DNA from: a virus
DNA: 64,000 bases
IMG/VR virus record: IMGVR_UViG_3300045988_166693
Location: 51,420-115,419 of that record
Reading direction: 5' to 3' (one strand)
Both the position numbers and the translations under genes were made by a program. Below are positions 45,734 to 54,274 of the stretch, in pieces (the stretch's first letter is position 1; every line of letters begins with the position of its first letter). Below the pieces are notes generated by a model. That model saw only the letters and a list, made by a program, of their open reading frames with translations. It ran no database searches and had not been told where the DNA came from.

Positions 45734-46843
45734 TTATTTAGATTGTTGTTTTCTGATCCAAAGAATTGTCATCACGCAATAGTTGGCCAGGTCGAGATAT
45801 GTATCTTCCAGCCTTTCGTCCTTCACCTGCCCTTCACCATTATTTTTAATCAGGGAATTTATTCTCCGAATTTTGTCACCGATGCGGATTTTAGCTACCA
45901 GTATTCCGTCTTCGTCCATCGACTTTTCAAAGGCGTTGCCATAGTCGGCATTCTTTTTGCGGTAGGTGTCAAGCTGTAGTGCGCTAATTTCAGCCATAGA
46001 CAATCTACTATCCAAAGATCTGTTCTTATAAGCGGAACGAGCTAAACCAGCAATATGAAGTAAACTTTCTGTACAATATAAATCGAATGCGGTCTTCTTA
46101 AAACAATCTTTATACAGAGCATTTATTCTATCATGCTTGAATCTTAAAGTCCCATCTGCCAGCGCATCGTATGGTTTAAGTTCATTCAGCACCTCTTCAA
46201 ACTTCGCAACCATTTCTTCCTCGGTTTCTTGCGCGGGTTTCTCCGGTTGTTTCTCTCCTTCTTCGTTATCAGAAGGTATATTTACCGGTTCAGGCAGTTC
46301 TTCCAAAAAATCTTCCGGAACGTCGACTATGTTCCGACCCCACTGACCTACCTCATACCAGAACACAGGCTTCCCGTCCTTGTGGAGCTGACGGGTATTA
46401 TGCACTTTGTAGATTGCAACCTGAGCATTTGAGATACGTTTTAAATCATATTCTTCCAGATGATAAATGAGGGAATCATTCACCAATTTAAGCGCGTCGT
46501 AGTCTTTCAGCTTTACTACCTGTCCGACACTGAATTTTGATACTTTAATTTCTCCGTCCATATATTTTGCTATTTTAGTTCCTGATGGCTGTTCTTTGCT
46601 TATGATTTTTCTGAAATCAAGCTGTGGAAGTCTTAAATGTTCCCTGACTTTCAATGTGTCAAAATCTTTGCTATTGAAATCCGTACATATTCCGACGTAC
46701 ATCTTTTCAAATTCACTCGGAAGAAACGGATGGCTTGCAAATACGCCTTCACCCGGTTCTTTAGATATGTTTCTGATATAGTTACATATCGCTTCTTTAG
46801 CTTTCTCAGCATTGATTTTTATCTTCTTTTTCTTCTTTCCCAT
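45734..46843 (-). CDS. fusion protein with C-terminal DUF1599-like (all-alpha NTP-pyrophosphohydrolase-like) domain
   Basis: Trimmed to ATG 46843 (MGKKKKK). The C-terminus reads KKNADYGNAFEK...ILVAKIRIGDKIRRINSLI...DERLEDTYLDLANYCVM. Confidence 0.5.
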   Translation of the reverse strand: MGKKKKKIKINAEKAKEAICNYIRNISKEPGEGVFASHPFLPSEFEKMYVGICTDFNSKDFDTLKVREHLRLPQLDFRKIISKEQPSGTKIAKYMDGEIKVSKFSVGQVVKLKDYDALKLVNDSLIYHLEEYDLKRISNAQVAIYKVHNTRQLHKDGKPVFWYEVGQWGRNIVDVPEDFLEELPEPVNIPSDNEEGEKQPEKPAQETEEEMVAKFEEVLNELKPYDALADGTLRFKHDRINALYKDCFKKTAFDLYCTESLLHIAGLARSAYKNRSLDSRLSMAEISALQLDTYRKKNADYGNAFEKSMDEDGILVAKIRIGDKIRRINSLIKNNGEGQVKDERLEDTYLDLANYCVMTILWIRKQQSK

Positions 46844-48563
46844 TTTCTTCTGATTTATCGTTGTTGTCGTTATATACTTTCTCCATCTCGCGGAAAAGGC
46901 TGGTATATGCTTCTGGTGGAAGTCCTCCCTTTTCAGTCTCCTGCAGGCTGTTAAATAGGATGAAACGAGGCTCTTCATCCAATATGTCTGATATGGATGT
47001 AATCAAAGGAAACAAATTTCTCATAATATATGGGACCCGGGATAAATCGCCCGTCCTTTCTGTTTCAAGCAGGTATTCTTTGGTTACTCCCGCACGGATG
47101 GCAAATTGCTCCCGCGTATATCCATGATTGAGATACATAGTCCTGATTCCCTCCCCTATATTCAGCGCATAGCGTTTCCGGCTATTCAAGGCCAGATCGG
47201 AAGCTTTTATCTTTTTCAGTTTACGAAGAGTCGTTCCCATGACTTCCTGCCCAGCCTGTAACAGATAATCGCTCATGGCTTTCTTTGTTCCAAACACATT
47301 GTACAGATATCTGAGAGTCATTATGTCCAGACATCCTTTTCCCCGGTACACCTTCTGGCGAAAATGGCGGAGATAACGATCTTTATTTCTTTCAGGAATA
47401 ATACAGATATGATCCTCCACACACATTCTTCTGAACTCTGCCAGAACTGTATCAGCTTTCGATTCCGGGAGTGATTCCATGAAGTCGAAAATATCCGTAT
47501 CTTCACAATCTTCGTAAGGTATTTCTCGGATTTCGTTCAACAGATTCTCTACATTGTTGCGTGTGCCCATGCGGTAAAACAATGTGCGATAATCAGCCAG
47601 TGACATTTCATTCCGGGCTAATTTTATGCGCAGCATTGCGATGACATACTCCACAAAGTCCATCTGCATGGACATAATGGCGCTTTCAACCATCTCCATA
47701 AGGTCTCCCTTTATCATTTCCTGGTTGAACTGTTGTGTGAACTCCCGCACTTCAGTCAGTTCTTCATCGGGGACAACCGATTTCCCGCATAGCTCTCTCA
47801 CCAGATCTCTTGCGGCACAGGCTATCTTTTCGTTATGGTTGTCGCGTTTCTGGTCTGTTTTCCCAATTTGAAACATGAGACCTTTTATTTGCTTCTCTAT
47901 GTAATTCCGAAAGTCTATCCCAGAATTGCATATCATTATAACCATTTCTATATTGGTAATAATCTCGCTGTTGGGTATGCTGCATTTATCCACCGCCTTC
48001 TTAGTGGAAGAATATATTTTTTTCAGAATATCTTCATACCTTTTGTAGAAAAGGCACTGCAGCTTTTGGGAAAGAGTCCCGCCTTTTTGAATAAAATCAT
48101 CAGTCAGTGAAGGATAGATAGTTGATGTATATACTTTCAACTGGGCCTTATCGTGGAGAAGACATTTTTCAAGAAGTATTTGAGAGGATTCGTCCAGAAC
48201 GGCACAGCGGCGCTTGATGTTATGACGCAACATCCCTTTATCCTGTAGCCCGGAAATAGCTGCATGAATGTATGTGTGCATGATACTGGCCATCATGATT
48301 TGCACCATTATCAGGTGTGAGTTCATGATGTCGGCAGCAATCTTTCGTTTTCCCAGACTCTCGTTGCCTGGAAAAATGATCTTGCTGAGAAGCGACTGTT
48401 TTGACTCCTGATGCTTACTGTGGATTAAACTTTCTGCCTTCCCTTTTGCCCCTATATTGGCTAAATTAGAAAAAGACAAAGGTTTATTTCCGCTTAAAAT
48501 AGCAGGGAAATCAGCTGCTTGAAACAGACTGCCATCCCCTGCCGGGTTTGTAAATTCGTTCAT
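46806..48563 (-). CDS. large hypothetical protein with C-terminal XRE-type HTH
   Basis: 585 aa. IGEGIRTMYLNHGYTREQFAIRAGVTKEYLLETERTG is the HTH. I do not recognise the remainder. Confidence 0.55.
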   Translation of the reverse strand: MNEFTNPAGDGSLFQAADFPAILSGNKPLSFSNLANIGAKGKAESLIHSKHQESKQSLLSKIIFPGNESLGKRKIAADIMNSHLIMVQIMMASIMHTYIHAAISGLQDKGMLRHNIKRRCAVLDESSQILLEKCLLHDKAQLKVYTSTIYPSLTDDFIQKGGTLSQKLQCLFYKRYEDILKKIYSSTKKAVDKCSIPNSEIITNIEMVIMICNSGIDFRNYIEKQIKGLMFQIGKTDQKRDNHNEKIACAARDLVRELCGKSVVPDEELTEVREFTQQFNQEMIKGDLMEMVESAIMSMQMDFVEYVIAMLRIKLARNEMSLADYRTLFYRMGTRNNVENLLNEIREIPYEDCEDTDIFDFMESLPESKADTVLAEFRRMCVEDHICIIPERNKDRYLRHFRQKVYRGKGCLDIMTLRYLYNVFGTKKAMSDYLLQAGQEVMGTTLRKLKKIKASDLALNSRKRYALNIGEGIRTMYLNHGYTREQFAIRAGVTKEYLLETERTGDLSRVPYIMRNLFPLITSISDILDEEPRFILFNSLQETEKGGLPPEAYTSLFREMEKVYNDNNDKSEENGKEEKEDKNQC

Positions 48564-48589
48564 ATCTCTGAGTGATTAATCTGTTCGTA

Positions 48590-49084
48590 TTAGAAAGGAA
48601 GATCATCCTGTTCGTCCTTCAGGTTAAGCGTTCCCTGCGCAGGCTGCTGTGGGGCCGCTTGTGCCGGCTGAGCGGGTGAAGGAGCAGAAACCGGTGCAGG
48701 CTGGCTGCCGAAATCGTCGGGCGAAGTAGGAAGCGGAGCAGACGATGATTCTGCCTTCCGTCCGAGCAGACGGAAATCGCGTGCCCATATCTCGGACACA
48801 TAGCGTTTTTCTCCGGTTCCTTCGGCCTCGTAGCTTCGCGTGCGGAACTCTCCTTCTACATACACCTGCGAACCTTTGCGGGCCAGCTGACTGATGATTT
48901 CGGCCAGATTGTCCCAGGCCACAATGGGAATCCATTCCGTCTTTTCCTTTGTCTCTCCGTTGTCCTTGTTTTTCATCTTCCGGCTGCAGGCGATGGAGAA
49001 ACTCGCTACCTTGTGACCGCTTTCCAGCACTTTATAATCGGGGTCTTTCCCCAGATTACCGATGAATGTACATTTGTTTATCAT
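48590..49084 (-). CDS. ssb: single-stranded DNA-binding protein
   Basis: OB-fold N-terminus INKCTFIGNLGKDPDY...TEWIPIVAWDNLAE, a Pro/Gln/Ala-rich linker, and the acidic tip DDLPF. Confidence 0.9.
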   Translation of the reverse strand: MINKCTFIGNLGKDPDYKVLESGHKVASFSIACSRKMKNKDNGETKEKTEWIPIVAWDNLAEIISQLARKGSQVYVEGEFRTRSYEAEGTGEKRYVSEIWARDFRLLGRKAESSSAPLPTSPDDFGSQPAPVSAPSPAQPAQAAPQQPAQGTLNLKDEQDDLPF

Positions 49085-49106
49085 ATCGTTTCTTTTAAAT
49101 ATTCAG

Positions 49107-49198
49107 TCCCACGCCGGGGAGTCGAACCCCCTGATAAGCGAATTGTCAAACCTTTAAACTTTTGTATGGAAAATATGCGCCGTCGCACGTTGCGTGGG
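49107..49198 (-). tRNA. atypical tRNA-like element (92 nt)
   Basis: The 7-bp acceptor pairing is CCCACGC/GCGTGGG. The T arm is canonical, GGGG-UUCGACU-CCCC. A 5-bp stem carries the 7-nt loop CCAUACA, which lacks U33. The extra arm is long and no CCA is encoded. Confidence 0.35.
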
Positions 49199-49216
49199 AG
49201 CCATTCTATATATAGG

Positions 49217-49579
49217 CTATTTCACTTTCATTACATCACCAAAATTTTCACTGAACGAATCGTCTTCCCCCGGATTTCCCTGAAACCATATCTGAATCCC
49301 CAGGAACTTCGCCACGCGGAACGCTATGCGTGCTCCGCGGCTGTCCTTCCAGTTCGTCTGCAGATAGATATGCCCGCAACGCGACAACAGAAGTATATCC
49401 CAGATCATGTGCATCCAGTATGGACGCGAAGGTTTCAGGCCGAGAATAATGGGATTTACCGGAGTGAGCCCTATCTCCGCTATTTCGCGGTCCGCCTGCT
49501 CAAAGTTCTTGTATGCCTGCAGGTAGGAAAGCCCTCCGATCTTTCCGGAGTTATAGCATTTATTCTTCTTCTCTTTCAT
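49217..49579 (-). CDS. DUF4406 / nucleoside 2-deoxyribosyltransferase-like protein
   Basis: Trimmed to ATG 49579. YNSGKIGGLSY...NPIILG...DILLLSRCGHIYLQTNWKDSRGARIAFRVAKFLG fits the DUF4406 pattern. Confidence 0.5.
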   Translation of the reverse strand: MKEKKNKCYNSGKIGGLSYLQAYKNFEQADREIAEIGLTPVNPIILGLKPSRPYWMHMIWDILLLSRCGHIYLQTNWKDSRGARIAFRVAKFLGIQIWFQGNPGEDDSFSENFGDVMKVK

Positions 49580-49710
49580 TTGTTCTGATTTAAAATTCCC
49601 GGAATCGCTCCCGGGAATTACTTTACTAACCAAATTTTACAACCTAATATGAGTAGATCTCATTGGCAAAAATAACAAAAATAATTCATAACGTATCAAA
49701 AAAGTAAGTT

Positions 49711-49941
49711 TTATTCGACAAAAACTTTACCCTGACTAACAAAAACGATACGTTGAATTAATGGGAGGTCGTCTCCGTTCCGGTCTTTGATGACAAGAAC
49801 GACGCTTCGTTCTACATTCTTTCGGGCATTACGGAGGATAATAGATTGATTTTTCCCGGATTCAATCCACTCTCTCACAACGGCTGCCGTGTAGTTCTGG
49901 TCAAAACAAATGTAATATGTCCGGTTGGCGAGTGTGATCAT
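49711..49941 (-). CDS. hypothetical protein
   Basis: 76 aa. Confidence 0.45.
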   Translation of the reverse strand: MITLANRTYYICFDQNYTAAVVREWIESGKNQSIILRNARKNVERSVVLVIKDRNGDDLPLIQRIVFVSQGKVFVE

Positions 49942-49947
49942 TTCTTA

Positions 49948-50388
49948 TTATTTCCAGTATAACAAAGAATATCGGCGGACGCGCCGCGGCTGCATCATTT
50001 CCAGCTTTCTCAGCCGGTCGTCGTCAATCACCACATTCGGCACATCACACGAGTCGCAGGCCGGTTTCAGCACCCGGGCCATACCGAGCGCCACAGCCAT
50101 CATCAGCAAATGTTCCGCTGAATCCAGAGTAGCCCCTTCATACCGGCTCCCGTGTCCGCGAGCCAGAATCCAGGGCGCTCCTTCCGGACGCTGGCTGTAC
50201 CGCATGACTCGCGGAAGCCCCTTCACGGCCGAAAGTATCTGCATATACTTTTCTTTCAGACGGTCGGCGCTGAATGTATGTGCCTCTCCCCGCAGGCCGG
50301 GAACGGTAACGCTCTTTCCGCACCGTTCGTTCGCCCGATAGGTGGTGTACTGATAGATCTGATTGACGGTATCTGTGGTGACGTTCAT
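49948..50388 (-). CDS. hypothetical protein
   Basis: 146 aa and high GC. Confidence 0.5.
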   Translation of the reverse strand: MNVTTDTVNQIYQYTTYRANERCGKSVTVPGLRGEAHTFSADRLKEKYMQILSAVKGLPRVMRYSQRPEGAPWILARGHGSRYEGATLDSAEHLLMMAVALGMARVLKPACDSCDVPNVVIDDDRLRKLEMMQPRRVRRYSLLYWK

Positions 50389-50390
50389 GG

Positions 50391-50990
50391 CTATCTGATT
50401 ACGAGATTGTTTTCAATCACCAGATGAACATAGTTGATCTGTGCAAGACAGTCGGCCATCGGAGTGTGCCGGTCCGCTACCTTGGGCGGAAGGAGTCCTG
50501 CCTCAGTAAGCGCATCCATGTACGGCCGGACGTCGCGCACCTTCCGGAAGTTCCAGGGTAACACTTCTGCGTCAGACCCGTTGACGTGCTGGTTATACCA
50601 GGAATACATGGAGCGAAGCATAGCCACGTCGAAATCCAGCTGAAGGCACCATAACGTGAAGTCTCCGTTTTCGTCTGTTTCGGTCATGAAGTCCATCAGT
50701 TCTTCCATGAAATCTACCAGTAGTGTCTCCGCTCCTTCCACGAAGTTACGGCGGGCTGCATCCGACTGCATCATCCACCATTTCAGTGTAGATGCTTCGA
50801 TTCTGAACCCATAGCGTATGGAGTCTGCCAGATCTATTTTCCACACCTTGCGCCGTCCGGTTTCTCCGGTTTGCGGATCAAACTCAATGGCAGCCACCGA
50901 ACGGACCACGCTTCCAGGTGTCCTGCCCAGCGTTTCCGTATCTATCATTATATGCTTGAATTTATTTTCTTTCATTGCAATCGGATTCAT
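50391..50990 (-). CDS. DnaQ-like 3'-5' exonuclease
   Basis: Trimmed to ATG 50990. HIMIDTETLG is the Exo I DxE motif, and it has LKWWMMQSD. It resembles the Rv2179c-like exonuclease family. Confidence 0.6.
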   Translation of the reverse strand: MNPIAMKENKFKHIMIDTETLGRTPGSVVRSVAAIEFDPQTGETGRRKVWKIDLADSIRYGFRIEASTLKWWMMQSDAARRNFVEGAETLLVDFMEELMDFMTETDENGDFTLWCLQLDFDVAMLRSMYSWYNQHVNGSDAEVLPWNFRKVRDVRPYMDALTEAGLLPPKVADRHTPMADCLAQINYVHLVIENNLVIR

Positions 50991-51186
50991 TCTTTCTTTT
51001 GTATATAGGTTTTTCACGAAGGATATCCAGCGCCATGTCAGCCTTGCGCACCATGGACAGGGTTTCCGACGCATAAAGGTCGCCGGCGGCCATGCGTGCG
51101 AGCAGGATGTCCCGATATTCCGATCGGGAGATCACTTCCTTTATTTCCGGCTGTTCCCGTACTGATCGCTCCGTCCAATAGCTCAT
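50962..51186 (-). CDS. hypothetical protein
   Basis: 74 aa. Confidence 0.4.
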   Translation of the reverse strand: MSYWTERSVREQPEIKEVISRSEYRDILLARMAAGDLYASETLSMVRKADMALDILREKPIYKRKNESDCNERK

Positions 51187-51662
51187 AATTTCTTTTTCTT
51201 CGATTCAAACTCCTGCTGAAGGATGGTTTCGTATTCCTGGCCGAGTGAATATCTGCTGCACAGATAAACCCGTCCGCGATAGATAAACCATTGGGGCGTG
51301 CGACTCTGGTTGATCGGGATGCCGAATGCTACGCGGAAGTCATCCGACGTAACGTCGGGCAGGCGGATGATCTTTTGGGCTATCTCCTTCCCTTTCTCGT
51401 TGTTCATGTTGGGGATATACTCTCCCTTTCCGATATACTCGTAGGCAAACAGGTTGGGACAGCCCTTAAACTTCAGGCTTCCGATTCCCACTCCCGGATA
51501 CAGACACCCCGGGCGGTCAGTCCGCGCTTCTGCTCCCAGTTCGGCCGCCAGTTTGTCGGCAGCTTCGGCAGCTTTCTTTCCTTTCTCCAGAAACTCGCTG
51601 ATGCAGCGTCCGCGGTGCGTGTCTGTCAGCGAAACTTTGTAGTAATATCTTTTTTCTTCCAT
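51183..51662 (-). CDS. hypothetical protein
   Basis: Trimmed to ATG 51662 (MEEKRYYYK). Confidence 0.5.
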   Translation of the reverse strand: MEEKRYYYKVSLTDTHRGRCISEFLEKGKKAAEAADKLAAELGAEARTDRPGCLYPGVGIGSLKFKGCPNLFAYEYIGKGEYIPNMNNEKGKEIAQKIIRLPDVTSDDFRVAFGIPINQSRTPQWFIYRGRVYLCSRYSLGQEYETILQQEFESKKKKL

Positions 51663-51764
51663 TGTCAGAACAGATCTTTTACCAGGCAAACAATACCATA
51701 AATACAAAGGCTCACGAAAATCATCAGGAATATCAGGACGACACATCCCTGCATGGCCATGCGT

Positions 51765-52136
51765 TTAAACTCGTCCATAATCGGCTCCTTTCTCCAGCGT
51801 CATGCCGGGAATATAGTAAAGTCCGCACGAGTTCAGTTTCTCAAGCGCGGCCCGGATGCTTTTGTCCGACCGGTTGACGAAAGCTGCCATATATCCTTTG
51901 CGCCCGTTATAGTTCACCGGGAAAAACACCGGCATCACCTTATTCCATGGGATCGGGGAAAAGGGAATATTCCGCACCAGGCAGTCTTCTGAAATAACTT
52001 CCTCGGCGTTGAGCGGAAGTTTCTCAAATATCATGTGCGGATCGCCTTCTTCGGCGAAAGTCTTTAAAAGGGGATTTTGCAGTTTGATAAATAGAGCCTT
52101 GTTAAGCTCCCTGCGACGTTGATTTGTGTAGTACAT
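51765..52136 (-). CDS. hypothetical protein
   Basis: 123 aa. Confidence 0.5.
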   Translation of the reverse strand: MYYTNQRRRELNKALFIKLQNPLLKTFAEEGDPHMIFEKLPLNAEEVISEDCLVRNIPFSPIPWNKVMPVFFPVNYNGRKGYMAAFVNRSDKSIRAALEKLNSCGLYYIPGMTLEKGADYGRV

Positions 52137-52274
52137 GTTGCCTGCTAATTGTGTTTTAAAATTGTTAGTTAGTGTGGCAAATGTAACAAAAAATAATCAA
52201 AAGAGTAAAGAAAAAGTAGTTTTTGTGTAGGATGACCGACAAAAATTGCACGCTTGCAGCTGTCGGAATCACTT

Positions 52275-52403
52275 TTATGAAATCTTTTTCCCGTTGACGT
52301 ATTTCAGGATCTGTCCGGCCTCGATTATCTGTTTGTTGAGCCGGCGCTTGTCGAGCTGCCTGGCGGCTTGCAGGCAGCTCGGCGATGGGATGAATATTTG
52401 CAT
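52275..52403 (-). pseudogene. 42-aa remnant resembling the N-terminus of pyrimidine-dimer DNA glycosylase-like proteins
   Basis: MQIFIPSPSCLQAARQLDKRRLNKQIIEAGQILKYVNGKKIS then a stop. I recall the family N-terminus as M..F.P......a..LD..RL.KQ..Ea.QIL, and full-length members are several-fold longer. Confidence 0.25.
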
Positions 52404-52415
52404 GATCACTGGTTT

Positions 52416-52835
52416 TTATCTTCTGTTTTCCTCTTCAATGTTGGCAATTATCTCCTCGTAAACTTGCGGAGTCGTTGCCGGGTCCTCGGTGTCGGTCATT
52501 CCTATCTGACGTATCACCACTTCGCAGCCGAGGAAGTGAGCCATGCGCAGGAAATTCACGATGTGAGTATCTTTCCCGTATGCAATTTTCCGAAGGGCTT
52601 CGTAAGATACACCTGTGTCCTTGTCGGCCGTCATGAAATTTACTCCGCAAATCTTAGCACGGTTGAAAAGGAATAATCCGATTTCGCGTGCTGATTTCAT
52701 TGCGCTGTCCGGATAACGCGGAGGATTTTTCGGCAGAGCGAGCGCACGGTGAATGTTATAACGACGGTAGCGTACTACCAGATAACCTGCACAAAGCAGG
52801 ATACAGATAATTGTGAAAATAGTTGATCCTTCCAT
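52416..52835 (-). CDS. membrane-anchored HTH protein
   Basis: N-terminal helix IFTIICILLCAGYLVV, then the HTH DTGVSYEALRKIAYGKDTHIVNFLRMAHFLG. Confidence 0.5.
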   Translation of the reverse strand: MEGSTIFTIICILLCAGYLVVRYRRYNIHRALALPKNPPRYPDSAMKSAREIGLFLFNRAKICGVNFMTADKDTGVSYEALRKIAYGKDTHIVNFLRMAHFLGCEVVIRQIGMTDTEDPATTPQVYEEIIANIEEENRR

Positions 52836-52839
52836 GATT

Positions 52840-53067
52840 TTATTGTATTTCGGTTAAACTTTCTGTTGCTTCTTCCAGGCTGTCGATTGCAGCCTCCATG
52901 TATTCAATGATTTCCTGCATTTCTTCTCCACGCTCAGACTCCTGGATGGATTCCGGCATGTTGTCGAATGCCTGTTGCTCCTCGTCTAAAAGGTCTTGCA
53001 GCTTTGCTTTTGTCTCCGAGATGCTTTCCCGAAGATTTTCGATTTCTTTCCGTCTTTTCTTATTCAT
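52840..53067 (-). CDS. acidic coiled-coil protein
   Basis: 75 aa. Confidence 0.45.
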   Translation of the reverse strand: MNKKRRKEIENLRESISETKAKLQDLLDEEQQAFDNMPESIQESERGEEMQEIIEYMEAAIDSLEEATESLTEIQ

Positions 53068-53092
53068 GTGATTAAAGTTTAAAAATAAAGAA

Positions 53093-53120
53093 GGCCGGCA
53101 GAGATCACTCTCCGTCGGCC
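53093..53120 (-). terminator. intrinsic terminator
   Basis: In minus sense GGCCGACGGAG-AGTGAT-CTCTGCCGGCC is followed by UUCUUUAUUUUU. Confidence 0.55.
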
Positions 53121-53170
53121 TGTTCTAACTTAAAATTCCGCTTCACAGCGGCAGGAAATTATGATTATTA

Positions 53171-53410
53171 TCATTTCAGAAAACATAATCCGCAACGGTA
53201 TTCTTTCTTATCTTCCGGAACTTCATATTCAAGCAGGTATTCCGCAAAGAAATCTTTCGCTTCTTCTTCAGTTCCGTTTACATCTTCACAAGCGCTGTCG
53301 TCTAAAATTATTTTCCCATCACATACAAGACGGTAGTATCCGCTTATGGACTGTTCGCATTCAAAATTCTTTCCTGTTGCTTTTACTACATCCTCAAAAC
53401 TAGCTCCCAT
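53171..53410 (-). CDS. small acidic protein
   Basis: 79 aa. The fully antisense plus-strand ORF 53161..53403 was judged less protein-like. Confidence 0.45.
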   Translation of the reverse strand: MGASFEDVVKATGKNFECEQSISGYYRLVCDGKIILDDSACEDVNGTEEEAKDFFAEYLLEYEVPEDKKEYRCGLCFLK

Positions 53411-53520
53411 GACTCTAAACAGTTTTTCCCGTGTGCCTCACGTTTTATATTAAACATTTGTAGTCCGGCAGGGTATCACTCCCTACCAGACCAGAACTAA
53501 CTAAAAACTAACCTATGGAA

Positions 53521-53775
53521 TTATTTGATAGTGTCACATACGACAATTACTTCACCGGTTTCCGATTGCATGGCTACCTTATCGTCGTACATACCTAAAT
53601 CATATTTCTTAAACTCCTCTCCTACCATGATATCAAGAGTAAGAGAATCGCATGATATGTCTTTCACTTCTCCGTGAATTTCCTTTGCTTTGCATAATGC
53701 CTGGTAGTGATACTCTTCAAGTGTATCACTGTCTATTTCTCCATAAAAAGAGAATGGTTTAAATGTATTTCCCAT
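53521..53775 (-). CDS. small hypothetical protein
   Basis: 84 aa. Confidence 0.5.
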   Translation of the reverse strand: MGNTFKPFSFYGEIDSDTLEEYHYQALCKAKEIHGEVKDISCDSLTLDIMVGEEFKKYDLGMYDDKVAMQSETGEVIVVCDTIK

Positions 53776-53898
53776 AATTCTAAAAGTTTGACGTTGTAAA
53801 TATAGTTATTTTTCTCAAGTAGCCGAAGGAAAATCACTTTCCCTGCGGCTGGATTACTAACTTAAAAACTTCCGCTTCACAGCGTAACCAATAGAACT

Positions 53899-54207
53899 TT
53901 AATATTTATAATATAATGTTGTTTCATTAAAGCATCCATATTCATTATATGTACTGCTTTCAACCGAATAACATTCTGCATAAAACATATAGATATAAGT
54001 TGTAGCTCCTAATCTTTTTCGTTTTTTTGGTTCTTTGATAAGTATATATTTATTTTCCTTATCAATGTATGAAGAAGATATAATTCCGTTTGAATAGTTT
54101 AGGAACTCATTATAAATCTTATTAAATATGTTTTTTTGCTTTTCAGTTGGATTTTGGGGATTCCTTGATATAAGTTCTTTTGCTATTTCTTTACTTATTT
54201 TTTTCAT
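53899..54207 (-). CDS. small hypothetical protein
   Basis: 102 aa. The ATG sits in a GGAATTATG leader. Confidence 0.5.
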   Translation of the reverse strand: MKKISKEIAKELISRNPQNPTEKQKNIFNKIYNEFLNYSNGIISSSYIDKENKYILIKEPKKRKRLGATTYIYMFYAECYSVESSTYNEYGCFNETTLYYKY

Positions 54208-54274
54208 AATTCCTTAGTTTTAATAGTTACATAATAGTTCCGGATCAGGATGCAAACCTGAATCCGGAAGTAGG

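Noticed and set aside
49107-49199. tRNA-like element as a selenocysteine or suppressor tRNA
   Set aside because: The 8-bp acceptor option and short D loop are reminiscent of tRNA-Sec. However, no UCA, CUA or UUA anticodon sits in a 7-nt loop at the right position.
53161-53403. Plus-strand 80-aa ORF antisense to 53171..53410 as the real gene
   Set aside because: Its Ile/Leu-rich low-complexity translation is typical of the antisense of an acidic gene. It is kept only as a note in the inverted-cassette finding.
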